Positions 43,368 through 57,103 of a stretch of DNA of 64,000 bases are shown here, piece after piece; the stretch's first letter is position 1; each line of letters starts with the position of its first letter. The notes beneath the pieces were generated by a model. It ran no database searches and was not told where the DNA came from. It saw only the letters and a program-made list of their open reading frames with translations. Source of the DNA: Octopus vulgaris. Taxonomy: Eukaryota. The position numbers and the translations under genes are program-made. The stretch is taken from NCBI GenBank assembly GCA_951406725.2, contig OX597818.1, positions 66,526,001-66,590,000 on the forward strand, in the 5' to 3' direction.

Positions 43368-44490
43368 TATATATATATATATATATATATACCTTGTGCT
43401 ATATATTTTGCCCAGCCGAATAACTACACTGGATACGACTGTATTCATTTCTTTTTTTTTAAACGAAACGTGGAGGCCAAGACTCCGCTTCGTTCAAGCA
43501 GTAATGATTTTTCGTCAAAGAGACACTTATATAATTTATAAAATATAACTGATACGTTTTGTACTGAAGTAAAGATTAAATAATGCATGTTCCCTATGCA
43601 ATTGAATAATATTAGAGATGTGGCTACACAGTGAAACAAGTAACGGTATACATTGGTTTGGAGCTGAATATAAGGAATATCTTATATAACTTGCACAAGA
43701 AGCTGACTGGATATTATTCGATATCGTGTGATATATGTCTCATAATATGTCCTTTATTATATTTATTTATTTAAGTCATTGGATAGCAGTGAAGGTTGGG
43801 TCACACGTGGAAGGGTTTAGCCAAATAAATCGACCCCGATACCAGATTTTTCTATCATTTCCATTCAATAAATGTCTAAGTTACACAAACTTAAAAATAT
43901 AATACCAGTTCTCAAGCTATATTAGAAATACAAAGACAAATTTACCGGAAGTGCTGCACAGTTAGACTGAAACCAAAACCATTTAGTTGCAAAGCGAACT
44001 TCTTAACAACACAGCAAATCTAGCGCTTAGAGCAGCCAAACTAAAGTGTTAATAGTTATTCAATTTGTTTTACATTTGTTTGTAATTAACATAATTTCTA
44101 GTTGTGTTTCGTGAAGGTGGCGCAACGCATTTCGTTTTCCGGTTTTATAGAATTCAGAAAGTATCTCGAATAAATATCTAAGAGGGATTTCAGAGTACAA
44201 ACATCAACTTTAATTTCACAGATTTAGAATTAATAGCAAGAGGCTCATCTGCAGAATAGTTTCTATCTAAGGAAGTGAAAAAAGAAATATGTTCAAATAT
44301 TCATGCAGAAATGCTTTGTTTGTTTCTTTCTTTATTCTTTCTAATAATTTCCAACATTTCGGTTGTTTAAGTGCATCATTTTATTTTCACAAACAAAACA
44401 TTGTGTACGAAACAAAGTGAATATACAAATATGAACAAATACGAATATGGTCTGAAATAAACCCCAGGATGTTTCTACTAAGTATATCTA

Positions 44491-44559
<69 letters not shown>

Positions 44560-44681
44560 TATATATGTATGTGTATATATATATGAAAGTATGTGTGGTA
44601 TATATATATACAAACATACATATATGTATATATATACACACACGTATATATATCTATAGAGAGAGAAACTGAAGCAGACAG

Positions 44682-44760
<79 letters not shown>

Positions 44761-45687
44761 TACATATATATAAAATGCAGAGACTAATTTTCCTTCTACA
44801 ATCACTTCACTGAGATCAATTAGTTAATATATATCGAAGATTTATATTGCATTGTGTGTTTCCATTTAAAATAATTATCGATGCCTGAAAATGTAGTGTA
44901 TAATTACCTAAAATGATTTCTTTATTCAAATGCAGAATAATTGCTGATATATATTTAATATTCCTAAAATTATTGTGCATCTTCTACTGCCTGGCATCGG
45001 TTCTCTCGCCCACAATGTCATAGGTTTTGTTATTTTTCAAGGCATTCATTTTAATAGAACCCAGAATAGCTTACGTTGTATTTAAAACATGGTGTTACAG
45101 GGGGATGACACATAGAGTAAATTCTAATGAACTGAATGTGCTGCTGTGATTCGGTTGCGAATTTTGGATTCGATGCCTCGTCAAGTCTGTCATTCATTCG
45201 ACCGTTCACCGCTACACTAGAGTTATCCGGTGCTACCCATCCATGCAGATGACAAAACGCTCATTAGCATCAGAAACGTTTTAGAGGCAGATGTTGCGAC
45301 TCTCAGATTTTTCTTCCATTCTCAACGTTTTTTTTTTCTACACCACCTATCTTCATTCTTCAGCCAGATAAAGTCTTGCATTCTCAGCGGAATATGACAT
45401 TTTTCTGGGGGCATGTCCAAGCCTTGTGAGCATTAAATAAATATGTATGTGTGTGCACTGAAGTAGCTATTGAAAGAAAGACAGTCATGCTTTGGGAAGT
45501 GTCACAGAAAACATAGTGTTCTCAGTCTGCGTGTCTCATTCAGTGTTCCTTACATTCCGAATTTCTCTGTGGTTTGCATACGGCCATGTTGAAAAATATG
45601 ATATAAGTTGCAGCAGTCATAAGATAAACATGTTTCAATCAATGATACATGCTTTCATGTGAGAAATGTTTAAAAATTAAAATTAAT

Positions 45688-45691
<4 letters not shown>

Positions 45692-45757
<66 letters not shown>

Positions 45758-45815
45758 TCTCTCTCTCTCTCTTCTCTCTCTCTCTTCTCTTTTTCTCTTC
45801 TCCTCCTCTCTCTAT
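45692..45815 (+). repeat. (CT)n polypyrimidine tract
   Basis: Direct reading. Confidence 0.95.
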
Positions 45816-46010
45816 CATCTCTGATTCTACATAAATACACACACACACATATATATACATATATCTATGCACAAACACACAAACACTCCCACACACACAC
45901 AAACACTCCCACACACACACATTCACATACACACATACACACACAGACACATACACACATACACACACACACGTATATATATATATATATTGCGTATTAT
46001 CATCGTCAGT

Positions 46011-46048
<38 letters not shown>

Positions 46049-46059
46049 TATCAGAATAT

Positions 46060-47295
46060 TTCGTTTGATTTAGGTTCGGTCTTATTCTTAGAAAGATTTT
46101 TTGTGGGTGCCCTACCGTCTCACTCTTCTGACCGCACATTCTACATTTGTCTCTATCGGTAATGTTGTCTATTCTGCACTTCATATAATTGGTCCTTCTG
46201 TTTTGCCTTTTAGTCAAGAGCTTTTGACTCATTGTTGGCTTTTTTTAGGTTCACTTCCTCTCAATCAAGCTTTACAGGGTTTTGGCTTGTAAGGCTTGAT
46301 TTATTTTCCTCATTCTGCTTTACTACATGCTTTACTCTTCCACTTTTTGTTTTTATGTACTTTACTAGTCAAACAATTGGTATTTTATCTCAATCAGGTT
46401 ACGGCCTCCTTCTTAGTGGGGTAGATATATTCTGCCAGCATCTACTTTGATTTAGTGACATAGGCACGCTTTTAGTAGCTTTCTGGTTTTTCTAGATAGG
46501 CTTCTCAATTCACTGATCTTCCAGTGTTTTATGTTAAAGGTGCAATTTATGACGGGTATGGCTTGCGTGTGTTTATCCTTATTTACCTTTTAGAATTAAG
46601 TTCAGTGCAGCATATTAGTCTAAATCTTCTGTAATTCTCATATTCTCTTTCATTTCTGTGTATTCTATTTTAGCTGTTTCTTCTATTCCTAGAATTTGTA
46701 TATGCTATTGTGGTCGAATTCTCTAATTACTGCGCCTATGTTGAGATCAGTGCTTTTAGTGCTGAATAATTTGCCTTCTCTCAGTGTGACCCTTACACAT
46801 TTGTTCAGTCCTATGCTCATCCCGATATCATTGCTGACACTGTGAACAAATTTGACAAGGTTTCTCTATTGCATGGTGCTTTTAGTATACATTTCTAGGT
46901 CATCCATGTACAGGTGATACTATAGTTTTTGCTCGTAGTGTATTTAACAATGGCGATTTAGTTTAACAAGTTTGTTAGTGGGGTGTGAGAAAGGCAGAAA
47001 AGCAGGGGTGACAGAGGGTCGACTTGGAAAATTCCTCATCTTATTGGTAAAGTGTAAGTTTTGATAACTTGTGAGATATTTTTAAAGCTATGCTAGCTTT
47101 CCAGTTTACCATTGCATGTTTAATATATTTTAGGAGTGGTGGGACTTCCCTATTTGTGTGGAGATATTCCAGTATCCATAAGTATGGAACATTTACAAAT
47201 ACTTTCTTCTCATCAATCCAAATTATGTTCAGGTTTATCCTTCTCATCTTACCCTCCTCCATAATTGATGCGTTTACCTGAAGTTGCTCCCTACA
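46060..47295 (-). mobile_element. Decayed R4/Dong-clade RT fragment flanked by (ATC)n
   Basis: NLNIIWIDEKKVFVNVPYLWILEYL, GIFQVDPLSPLLFCL, HLYMDDLEMY and DKCRMCGQKSETV; (ATC)n at 46012-46050 and 47300-47330. Confidence 0.85.
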
Positions 47296-47716
47296 GCCAT
47301 ATCATCATCATCATCATCATCATAACATCATCAAAGCAATCGTTATAGTGATTTTTTAAAAAAATCTCAAATTCCTTCCGAAAACGGAAAAAAATCGCTG
47401 ACGTCTTAGTAATTGATTCATTATATTCCGAACAAAGACAACACAATATTCCTTCTCCTGTTCGTTCTGTTCCCGTTTCCATTTATCTACGATTTTATTG
47501 TCTTTCCATTTTCCCTTTCAGCATTTTGCATTCACCTTCATTCTCGCAGTTCTTTTGTTTTCGCACAGATTACCTTCCTTCCTTGATTTTTTCAATCTTG
47601 ACCTGACAGGTGTGTTTGAGCGTCAGACTCTATTGTGCCTCAAAAGTATGAAACAATTAGTAGCTCCTTTTTAAATATTCGGTAAAATAATTAAGAAGTT
47701 TATGCATATATTGTAT

Positions 47717-47778
<62 letters not shown>

Positions 47779-48030
47779 TCATATATACATACATGCACAC
47801 AGTCGACCACTTTAAGCACCCACACACTTATGAGTGCTTGTCCAAGTAAATAAATTATTTGTGTGTTTCAGGCAATATGTATGTGTAATCATTCTAGGTT
47901 GGAGGGGCGGCGGCTGGATGTATTTCTGTACGAATATATTCCGTCTTGCGACATTTTCATAAATTTGCCTTTATTTGCCAAGTAAAAGTTTTATGAACAT
48001 ACCACATACATGTGTATGTACGTACACACA

Positions 48031-48084
<54 letters not shown>

Positions 48085-49056
48085 CACACACACACACAGA
48101 CAAACGCACACATATATATTTATATGAAGCATTAAACACACACATACACACACACACACACGAAAAACATACAGAACATTGTATTTTACAACAATACATT
48201 ATCTTCTTGGTCTCACTTACTGAAAATGAAAAGAAAATATGAAATATTCGCTTATGTTTTGTCAATCCCCCTATCATATAGGTTATAACAAATACGATAG
48301 ATATTTGATAATAATTTTATCTCTCGAAGATATTTATGTTTACTCAAAACGACTTCCGATCTTTATATATTTTACATCATTGAATTCAACCTAGAGACCC
48401 ATTTATACAAACTCTCTTCTTAATTTTGATAGCATCCAGTTTTTTCAAACATTTCATTTAATATTTTTATAGTCTGATTTTATCAAAATGTATTAATATA
48501 AAAATAAAATGTTTTAAAGAAAGTAACTGCATTTGAGTTGTAGAGAGACCAAACAAGAAGCAATTCGATAAAATAGTAATAAAAGCAGTAAAATATTTGT
48601 TCTCATTGTGTCAGTGATACACAATCTCAGACCAACGAAAGTAAATATATGGGTAGTTAGATCTGTCTCGGTCGTCTATCGATCAAAAATTAATCATTAA
48701 AATTTTGGTATTATTTTTCATAAATTTTTGTATATTTATGTTCTTGTGTATGAGAAGTGCTGTGTATTTATATATCTCTTGAAAAGGATACAAAAGGGAA
48801 AGATATATTTCATGTAAAAATCTATCATTTATTTTCTTTTGACTTAAGTTCAAGCGCAAAAATTCTTTATCTATAAAGCTGTCAAATAGTTATAGAGATT
48901 GTTACTGAATAGAATGTTTGATATGAATATATCACTAGTAACTAAGTACTAAGGACGGAACTTGTCTGAAGTACAGCCAAATACACACACACACACACAC
49001 ACACACATTAAGAGAGCTGCATATATATATATATAATATATATTATAAATATATAC

Positions 49057-49118
<62 letters not shown>

Positions 49119-49148
49119 GTATATATACATACATATGCATATGTATAC

Positions 49149-49184
<36 letters not shown>

Positions 49185-49185
49185 A

Positions 49186-49282
<97 letters not shown>

Positions 49283-50029
49283 TATATACATATATATATA
49301 TATACATGTGCATATTTTTTTTTAAATGTCTCAGATTCTCATATCTAAAGTGTACAATAGATTATCTCATGTTCTGCGTTTAATAAAAAAAAGCGAATTC
49401 CTTTTAACAATATCTATTTCTCTGAATCGAATGTATATTCTATCAAATGTTTGGATAGTCTTGTTTATATATGTTGTTGTAAAGCCATATCAATGAAGAA
49501 CAAAATTAATTCATGTAAGTAAAATATATTTGATGGAATACCAGATTTATTAAAAAAAATATTTTCCATGATATTATTTCGAATTTCTAATTGATTTTCA
49601 ATAACATACCTGAGTATATTTTAATATAAATTACTATAAGATACTAATATATAGTTTAATATATATATAAATTATTTTACGATCTACTTGAAAATTTGCT
49701 TGTATTTAAATAAAGTCAATCTTTTTTAATATATTCGGATTTTTTAAAACAGTGTGGGTCGAACTTACTTTATTGTAAGTAAACAGATTATTTCTGTTTA
49801 ATAATTGTGACTCTGAACGATTGTTTTAAACGTGGGAAATTCGGTTACAAGCAACGTAAGAGTGATATTAAAATTTATTAATGCTTATGAATATAATTTT
49901 TCAATACGCAAGTTCTTATATATTTTATAAGTTACAAATTATTTCTTGGTGACAAGACACACACACGCACACACACACAGACGCACATACACATAAACGC
50001 CAACACACACACACATACATACTAATAAT

Positions 50030-50290
50030 TAATGGTACTATAAGCTGTACCAACATGCTGGAATAGTAGTCAAAATATCCAAACCAAAATACTTCACTGA
50101 AACAAAGGTGAAAGCAGGAAAGTGATTAAAAATCCCAAGACCCCGTACCAAGGACGAAAGTAATCGAAAATTGAAAAAGCCAGAAAGAATAGTATCACCG
50201 TAATGTCAAACTTGAGAAAATATCCCGAAGCCAGTGATATTATAGAGGTCAATAATATTCCTATATTTTTATAGGGAGGCGATTGAGCAT
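50030..50290 (+). pseudogene. Possible decayed RLE (R4-type) C-terminal fragment
   Basis: Across frames WY...KIL...KVIKN.RP...RKY...IPI, in RLE motif order; weak. Confidence 0.3.
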
Positions 50291-50296
50291 GCATGC

Positions 50297-50349
<53 letters not shown>

Positions 50350-50495
50350 TATGTATGCATATGCGCACATGTATATGTACGAGTGCGTTAAAGAGAAAGA
50401 GTTTGATAAATGGCGATAGACTGTTATTGATTCATTGTACCTTTTAATTACATGTTATTCTCGCTTTTTTGAAACTAATTTCAACATATATACAT

Positions 50496-50575
<80 letters not shown>

Positions 50576-50651
50576 AATTTTAATCCAAACGGGAAAACAA
50601 AAAAACAACAGTGGAACAATTACAGTATTATTATTAATAGGCGCTCAGGAA

Positions 50652-50714
<63 letters not shown>

Positions 50715-52529
50715 TCAGTTTCCTATAATTTTCGTAGATTAAAAACCTGATTCCTGGAAGTTTTATTATTTTCGTGTCCATCAGGCAATGAATATTTTTA
50801 TAAATTTTTCATTTGCAGTAACTCCAACCGAAGTTTCTTCTTTCTTGTCACAAAATTCCTTGTTATATGCAATTAATTCGTTTATAATTGTATTTTTGAT
50901 GTACCTAAACATAATGAGACAGCTTGTCATCAATATATATCCTGGAATGTGAAAAGGTTTTTCAAAATATAGCATTTAATAGATATAAATTTAAACGTGA
51001 ATGTGCTTGAAATATACTGGAGACATGTAAATAAGTATACGTTTGTTGCTCAATCTTTTGAACGTGAGAAGAATTTCAAGTCCCGCTTTTCTTATACATT
51101 ATAGAATATGCTTAAAAAATGTTCCAAAATCTAGCAGATTTATTCATTTTCAGATTATGTCATTAAGGCTTTTGTAACCTGCATATTTCAAATTCATTAT
51201 GCTGGCAACCTACATTGTAACTAATATATTCGGTTGACCACAATAATATCACATGGTTCATCGGAAGGAATGCGTAATATACTTTTGAATTCCTCACCAG
51301 GAAAATGTAACAACTTTTAATAGAGTTGATACACCAGAAAAACAGGAACTCTTGTGTATATTAAAAAATAATAAATATGAAGTCTACGCCACTGCTGTCA
51401 GCGATTCAAAAGAGTGATGTTATTATTTATAGGCAGGAATGTTAGTTCTGTTACAAGTGTTTGATTTTCAATGTTATATGTAAGAGAAATAAATTGAAAT
51501 GGCTTCAAAATGTCATTGAATAACAACAGTCCTTACGCTTTCGAAAAGAATATTTTTATGTCATACAATCATTATTTCGCCATAAACCGTTGAAAGAATG
51601 ATGAAATAAAACGCAACATATATAAAATATTACGAAAAGATGATATTGAACGGCGGAATGTTTATTACGACAGATAGAGGGAGTTATTGTAAAGTCTTAA
51701 ATGCCATATATATCAAATTCGATTGTTATATTTTGATTTCAAGTTGTCACATTAAGGAACTTGACCCAACAAAGAAATTTTGCAAGTGCCATTTCTGCAT
51801 TCTTAGAAACTCAGACGATACACTGTATAATCATTTATCTATTATGTACATTAAATCAATATTTATATATATTCTGAACAATTGGAATGCAACATCCATT
51901 ACTGCAACTGACATAAACGGATCAGAAGAATTGTTTGGAAATTATGGATCACGAGGTTTACACTTGTCACTTTCAGTCTCATCGAATCGATTTCATATGA
52001 CTGCTGCATGGATTGCTTGATATGTAAGCCAATCATCCATGACACATCGCATTAAAGAATGCTAGAAAATGTAAAATATATCTTCGCTGAAATGGAAGCA
52101 TACTTAGAGAAAGATGAAAAGGGAACGAACGCTGAATTAGGCGAGATGATAGGAGATTGCAGGAGGGAGAATCTGATATGAAGTGCACGATATTGATATG
52201 ACTACTGATATAAGGTAGAAAGGAATGTTCCTCGTTTTCCTCTGTGTCACTCTTACGCATTTCAAGAACGATCACTCAAACGAAAGGCAAGTTTCCAAAC
52301 GTTAGACATCAACCATGAAGTTTTATTAAAGTTGAAGGGATTTTGACTGATGTATTAAATAGAAAGTGGTTCACTTAAAGCAACACACCAAGCGGTGTTA
52401 TTGAATGTATCACTGAGGGCGTAACATCTGGGTGTATATGTCCATATGTATGTTAACATAAGAATATATATGCCTAAACATGTGTGGGTGTATGTATATT
52501 TATCATATGATAAATATACATATGATGTA

Positions 52530-52900
52530 TCACATGATTGCTTCCCGACCATATGATTCCTGGTAAGTCAAACTGTGTGGCAGCTAGGACATCTGTCTTC
52601 TATATCTTTGGGCCAACCAAAGACTTTTGAGTGGATTTGGTAGATGGAAACTGAATTAGGCCTGTCGCATATGTGTGTCTATGTATGTATATATGTATGT
52701 ATTTATGTGTCTGTGGTTGACCCACCACCATAATTTGACAAGAGATGTTGGTGTATTTACCTCCCTTTAAATTGCGGTTCGGCATACGGGACCGATAGAA
52801 GAAATAGTAGGCTTACTTAGAATAAGTCCACAGGTCGATTTGTTCGACTAAAGGTGGTGCACCAGCGAGGCCACGTTCAAATGACAGAAATAAGTAAAAG
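52530..52900 (+). mobile_element. SINE family A, diverged
   Basis: gagtggatttggtagatggaaactga, gaccgatagaa and gtcgatttgttcgactaaaggtggtgc..aaatgacagaaataagtaaaag. Confidence 0.85.
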
Positions 52901-53189
52901 AATATATGTGCGTGCGTGTACGTGCGTGTATATACATATATATATATATTTATATAAACATGAACATACACACACACACATATATATATGTATATGCATA
53001 TATATATATATATATAAATATGTATATGCATATATATATATATAAATATGTATATGCATATATATATATGTATATGTATATGTATATGTATACATGTATA
53101 CATTTGTGTGTATATATATATTTGTATGTATACACATACATATATATTTACATATATGTATATATTTATATTATATCATATATATATAT

Positions 53190-53550
53190 ACTTATCCGAA
53201 CCCACACCCCACCCGTGCTTTCCCCACTCTCTCCTCCCCCAACCAGCCCTCTTTCACACGCACATACATACTCTATTGTACACACCTTTGTGTTGGGGGT
53301 CACCTTTACCTTGTTATCTCCCCTACTTTCCTCCTCAAGTTTGACCTTTCTGTCCGACAATAGTCGCCATGATAGATCGTTAGCCACTACACACATGTTT
53401 TACTCTCTTTATTTTTTGTGTCCCTTTCTGTAGAAGAGCGTAGGCTCGAAACGTAAAACACTTTTTCTATTCCTGAGCGTTATAATAGTACATCTGTTTG
53501 TTTTATACACCACCTGTCTTCGTCTGTTGTGTTTTCGTAAACTCTCCCTA
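53190..53550 (+). mobile_element. Putative Penelope-type terminus containing a minimal hammerhead-like motif (53425-53458)
   Basis: TTT CTGTAGA A GAGC gtag GCTC GAAA CG TA AAA; pyrimidine-rich leader; (TA)n flanks. Confidence 0.6.
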
Positions 53551-53560
53551 TATATATATA

Positions 53561-53697
<137 letters not shown>

Positions 53698-54108
53698 GTA
53701 AGAGATCTGATCGAGAAGTATCATGACTGTTATCATGGTAACAACAAACCTGAAGCAGGTAGGGTATAGCTAATTGGCAAAGATAGACCCTGGACCATAT
53801 TGTGCATGCGCACTAGATTTTAACTTTCAAGCTCCCCTTCCGCTGTTTCCAACAGTGCTCGGAAAGAAGGTGTATAGCATGTAATGTTTTGTTTGCTAAA
53901 TTGCTTTGTATCTCATATATGCTTCAGTTATCGGTCAGAGGCCCTGCTTGGTTAGCCCAGTGATATAGAACAAATGTTAATGCGCCATTTATGTTTTTAT
54001 TTCATGAAGTATAAAAAAAGTATGGTGAGGATTATACACGTTTAAGGAAGACAGAATGGGAACAGTTTTGTTGTTGTTTATGCAAACAAGCATACACATT
54101 TTAGAAAC

Positions 54109-54198
<90 letters not shown>

Positions 54199-54415
54199 TT
54201 AATTATATGTATGGCTATAATAGAATCTGCTGCAAGTCAGTAAATTAAATAATTGTTAAGAAATTTGTTGTGTCACAGAGGACTCTCAGTCAATAAGACA
54301 TTTCACAATACTCCAGATATATACTGTCAACTTTCAAGTCTCCAGTGCTTAGGTTTTAAAACACCTAAACTTCAGAACGGTAGAGAGGATGAAATGAGCT
54401 CAAAGCAAAACATTG

Positions 54416-54625
54416 TCAATCTGACAAGTTAATACTCTGCTGTCTAAATCTAAAAGAGTTTCGTATGTTGTTCATACCATTTGCTGTATTCAAGTTCAAA
54501 ATTAAAATTGATTCCGCCATTATTTGTACGACCTTTGGTATTGATGATGTTACATTCCAGAAACTATGATTATTTTTAACTCGGAGAAAATCTAGCACAA
54601 ATATATCGTGATACGTTGGATTCAA
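54416..54625 (-). pseudogene. Possible hAT transposase C-terminal dimerisation-domain remnant
   Basis: SFWNVTSSIPKVVQIMAESILILNLNTANGMNNIRNSFRFR resembles FW.....P....MA..IL....STA..ER.FS.MN.I....R.R with the ERxFS block missing. Confidence 0.35.
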
Positions 54626-55073
54626 TACAAAGTAGCTGTGACTTCACCATTTAACATGTTCTATATATATTCAGTAATGAAAGCCACAGGTGTCACAATT
54701 TGGTTTATGTTATTCACAGATATGAAAGAGTATGGATGATATTAAAAGATGTCAAAAATGACAATTTATAAAGAATATTTGGTATCGTATTTGTATCCCA
54801 ATGTCTATTTTAGAATGATTACTATGAAGCTAAATAAAATGTGTGCGTCACACAGCGTTTACCATTCGATGATGAATAAGAAACCCACGACATTGCTTCA
54901 CAATGGAGGTTTATTTAACAATGAGTACGAAGTTCTAAAATTATTTGTTTCACACATAAATATTTATTCTTGTATATTCTGGTCCAGAAATTCACTGCAT
55001 CAAATTTATGTACACATATGCAGACATATTTATGCACCTCTCTCTCTCACACACACTCTCTCTCTCTCTCCTC

Positions 55074-55120
<47 letters not shown>

Positions 55121-55497
55121 GTTCAGGCACATACATACACTTATACATGTATGTGTGTGAATATGTTTGTGCGTGAATTAGTCAAATATTATTGCCGTGA
55201 TTATTAGCGCTACGGGCACATCATCAAAAGCGATCCATAAGGGATTGAAGGATATTGGAATTGAAACTAATATAATCATCCTGCTCAGTAGAACAACCCT
55301 CTCTTCTGCAATATATATGTATATGTATATATATACTTATATGTGTATATATGTATACATATATATGTATATATATATATACATATATATATATACATAT
55401 ATATATATACATATATATGTATATATATACATATATATATATATCCACACATATATACATATATATATATACACACACAACACACACATACACACAC

Positions 55498-55545
<48 letters not shown>

Positions 55546-55989
55546 TATTACACACACAAATATGCATGATTTTTATATGGATAAAGATATAGATGTGGTC
55601 TTACAGCGCTATTTCTAGGATATGATGGATGCCCCTCACTTAATTAGCGTATACACATACAGAGAGAGAGAGATAGAGAGAGAGAGAGAAAGAGAGGGAG
55701 AGAGTATTGGCTTGGAACCCACCACTAGCATAGTGGTAATGTATTCAAGACATGATATAATATTGTTTTTGTCTTACCTTCATTATCATAATATTCATTC
55801 CCAATTAAACGTGGTTGTTCTCTTATAACAACCTATAGTGCCGTATTTACGACATGATAAACTCCCATATTGGATTTCCGTGTGAAATACACTCCAGTTT
55901 ATATCGGTAGACGGGAGTTAAATACTCGCAACCTCTAGCGCTTAGGCCACCAGATTGCTGCAGTGAGTAGCGATTCTGTTTATTTAAGT

Positions 55990-56160
55990 GGAGTGGCTGT
56001 GTGGTAAGTAGCTTGCTAACCAACCACATGGTTCCGTGTTCGGTCCCACTGCGTGGCATCTTGGGCAAGTGTCTTCTGCTATAGCCCCGGGCCGACCAAT
56101 GCCTTGTGAGTGGATTTGGTAGACGGAAACTGAAAGAAGCCTGTCGTATATATGTATATG

Positions 56161-56192
<32 letters not shown>

Positions 56193-56400
56193 CGTGTGTC
56201 TGTGTTTGTCCCGCTAGCATCGCATGACAACCGATGCTGGTGTGTTTACGTCCCCGTCACTTAGCGGTTCGGCAAATAGACCTATAGAATAAGTACTGGG
56301 CTTACAAAGAATAAGTCCCGGGGTCGATTTGTTCGACTAAAGGCGGTGCTCCAGCATGGCCACAGTCAAATGACTGAAACAATTAAAAGAGTAAAAAGAG
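55990..56400 (+). mobile_element. SINE family A, full-length, little diverged
   Basis: Complete head, (TA/TG) spacer, body and (gtaaaaga) tail. Confidence 0.95.
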
Positions 56401-56681
56401 AGATATATGTTAATGATATCCTTTACATGGATATGTTTTATCTATTCGATGTAAATTATATATTTGACATTTATGTATATGAATGTGAATGAAGCTGAAA
56501 CTGCGTTTGACGGACGCAACTCTTTCGCTGCTAAATAGAACTAGCAAACCACTAAACGGATTGAAAATGTTATGTGTTTCGAGCAATATGTGATATTATA
56601 TAAGAGTGACATGTTAATGTATGACGTAGATAGCCTCCACATTTCACCGAATAGCGTAAAACTAGTAAGAAACATATATAA

Positions 56682-56844
56682 GGCGCAGGAGTGGCTGTGT
56701 AGTAAGTAGCTTGCTTCCCAACCACATTGTTCGGTGTTCAGTCCTACTGAGTGGCACCTTGGGCAAGTGTCTTCTACTATAGCCTCGGGCCGACCAAAGC
56801 CTTATGAGTGGATTTGGCAGACAGACACTGAAAGAAGCTCGTTG

Positions 56845-56895
<51 letters not shown>

Positions 56896-57103
56896 TTGTG
56901 TGTCTGTGTTTGTCTCCCCAGCGTTGCTTGACAACCAATGCTAGTGTGTTTACGTTCCTGTCAACTAGCGGTTCGGCAAAGAGACCGATAGAATAAGTAT
57001 TAGTCTTACAAAGAATTAGTCCTGGGGTCGATTTGCTTGACTAAAGGTGGTGCTCCAGCATGGCCACATTCACATGACTGAAACAAGTAAAAGAGTAAAA
57101 CAG
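56682..57103 (+). mobile_element. SINE family A, full-length
   Basis: Complete head, spacer, body and tail. Confidence 0.93.

Noticed and set aside
50040-50290. Hydrophobic minus-strand ORF that reads through TGA, suggesting a membrane protein or NUMT
   Set aside because: No recognisable mitochondrial protein motif. It is better explained as the T-rich antisense of an A-rich decayed RLE fragment.
50781-52275. ORFs of 64-126 aa; LIMFRYIKN..NEL resembles a hAT catalytic region
   Set aside because: No catalytic motif could be confirmed and there are many stops.
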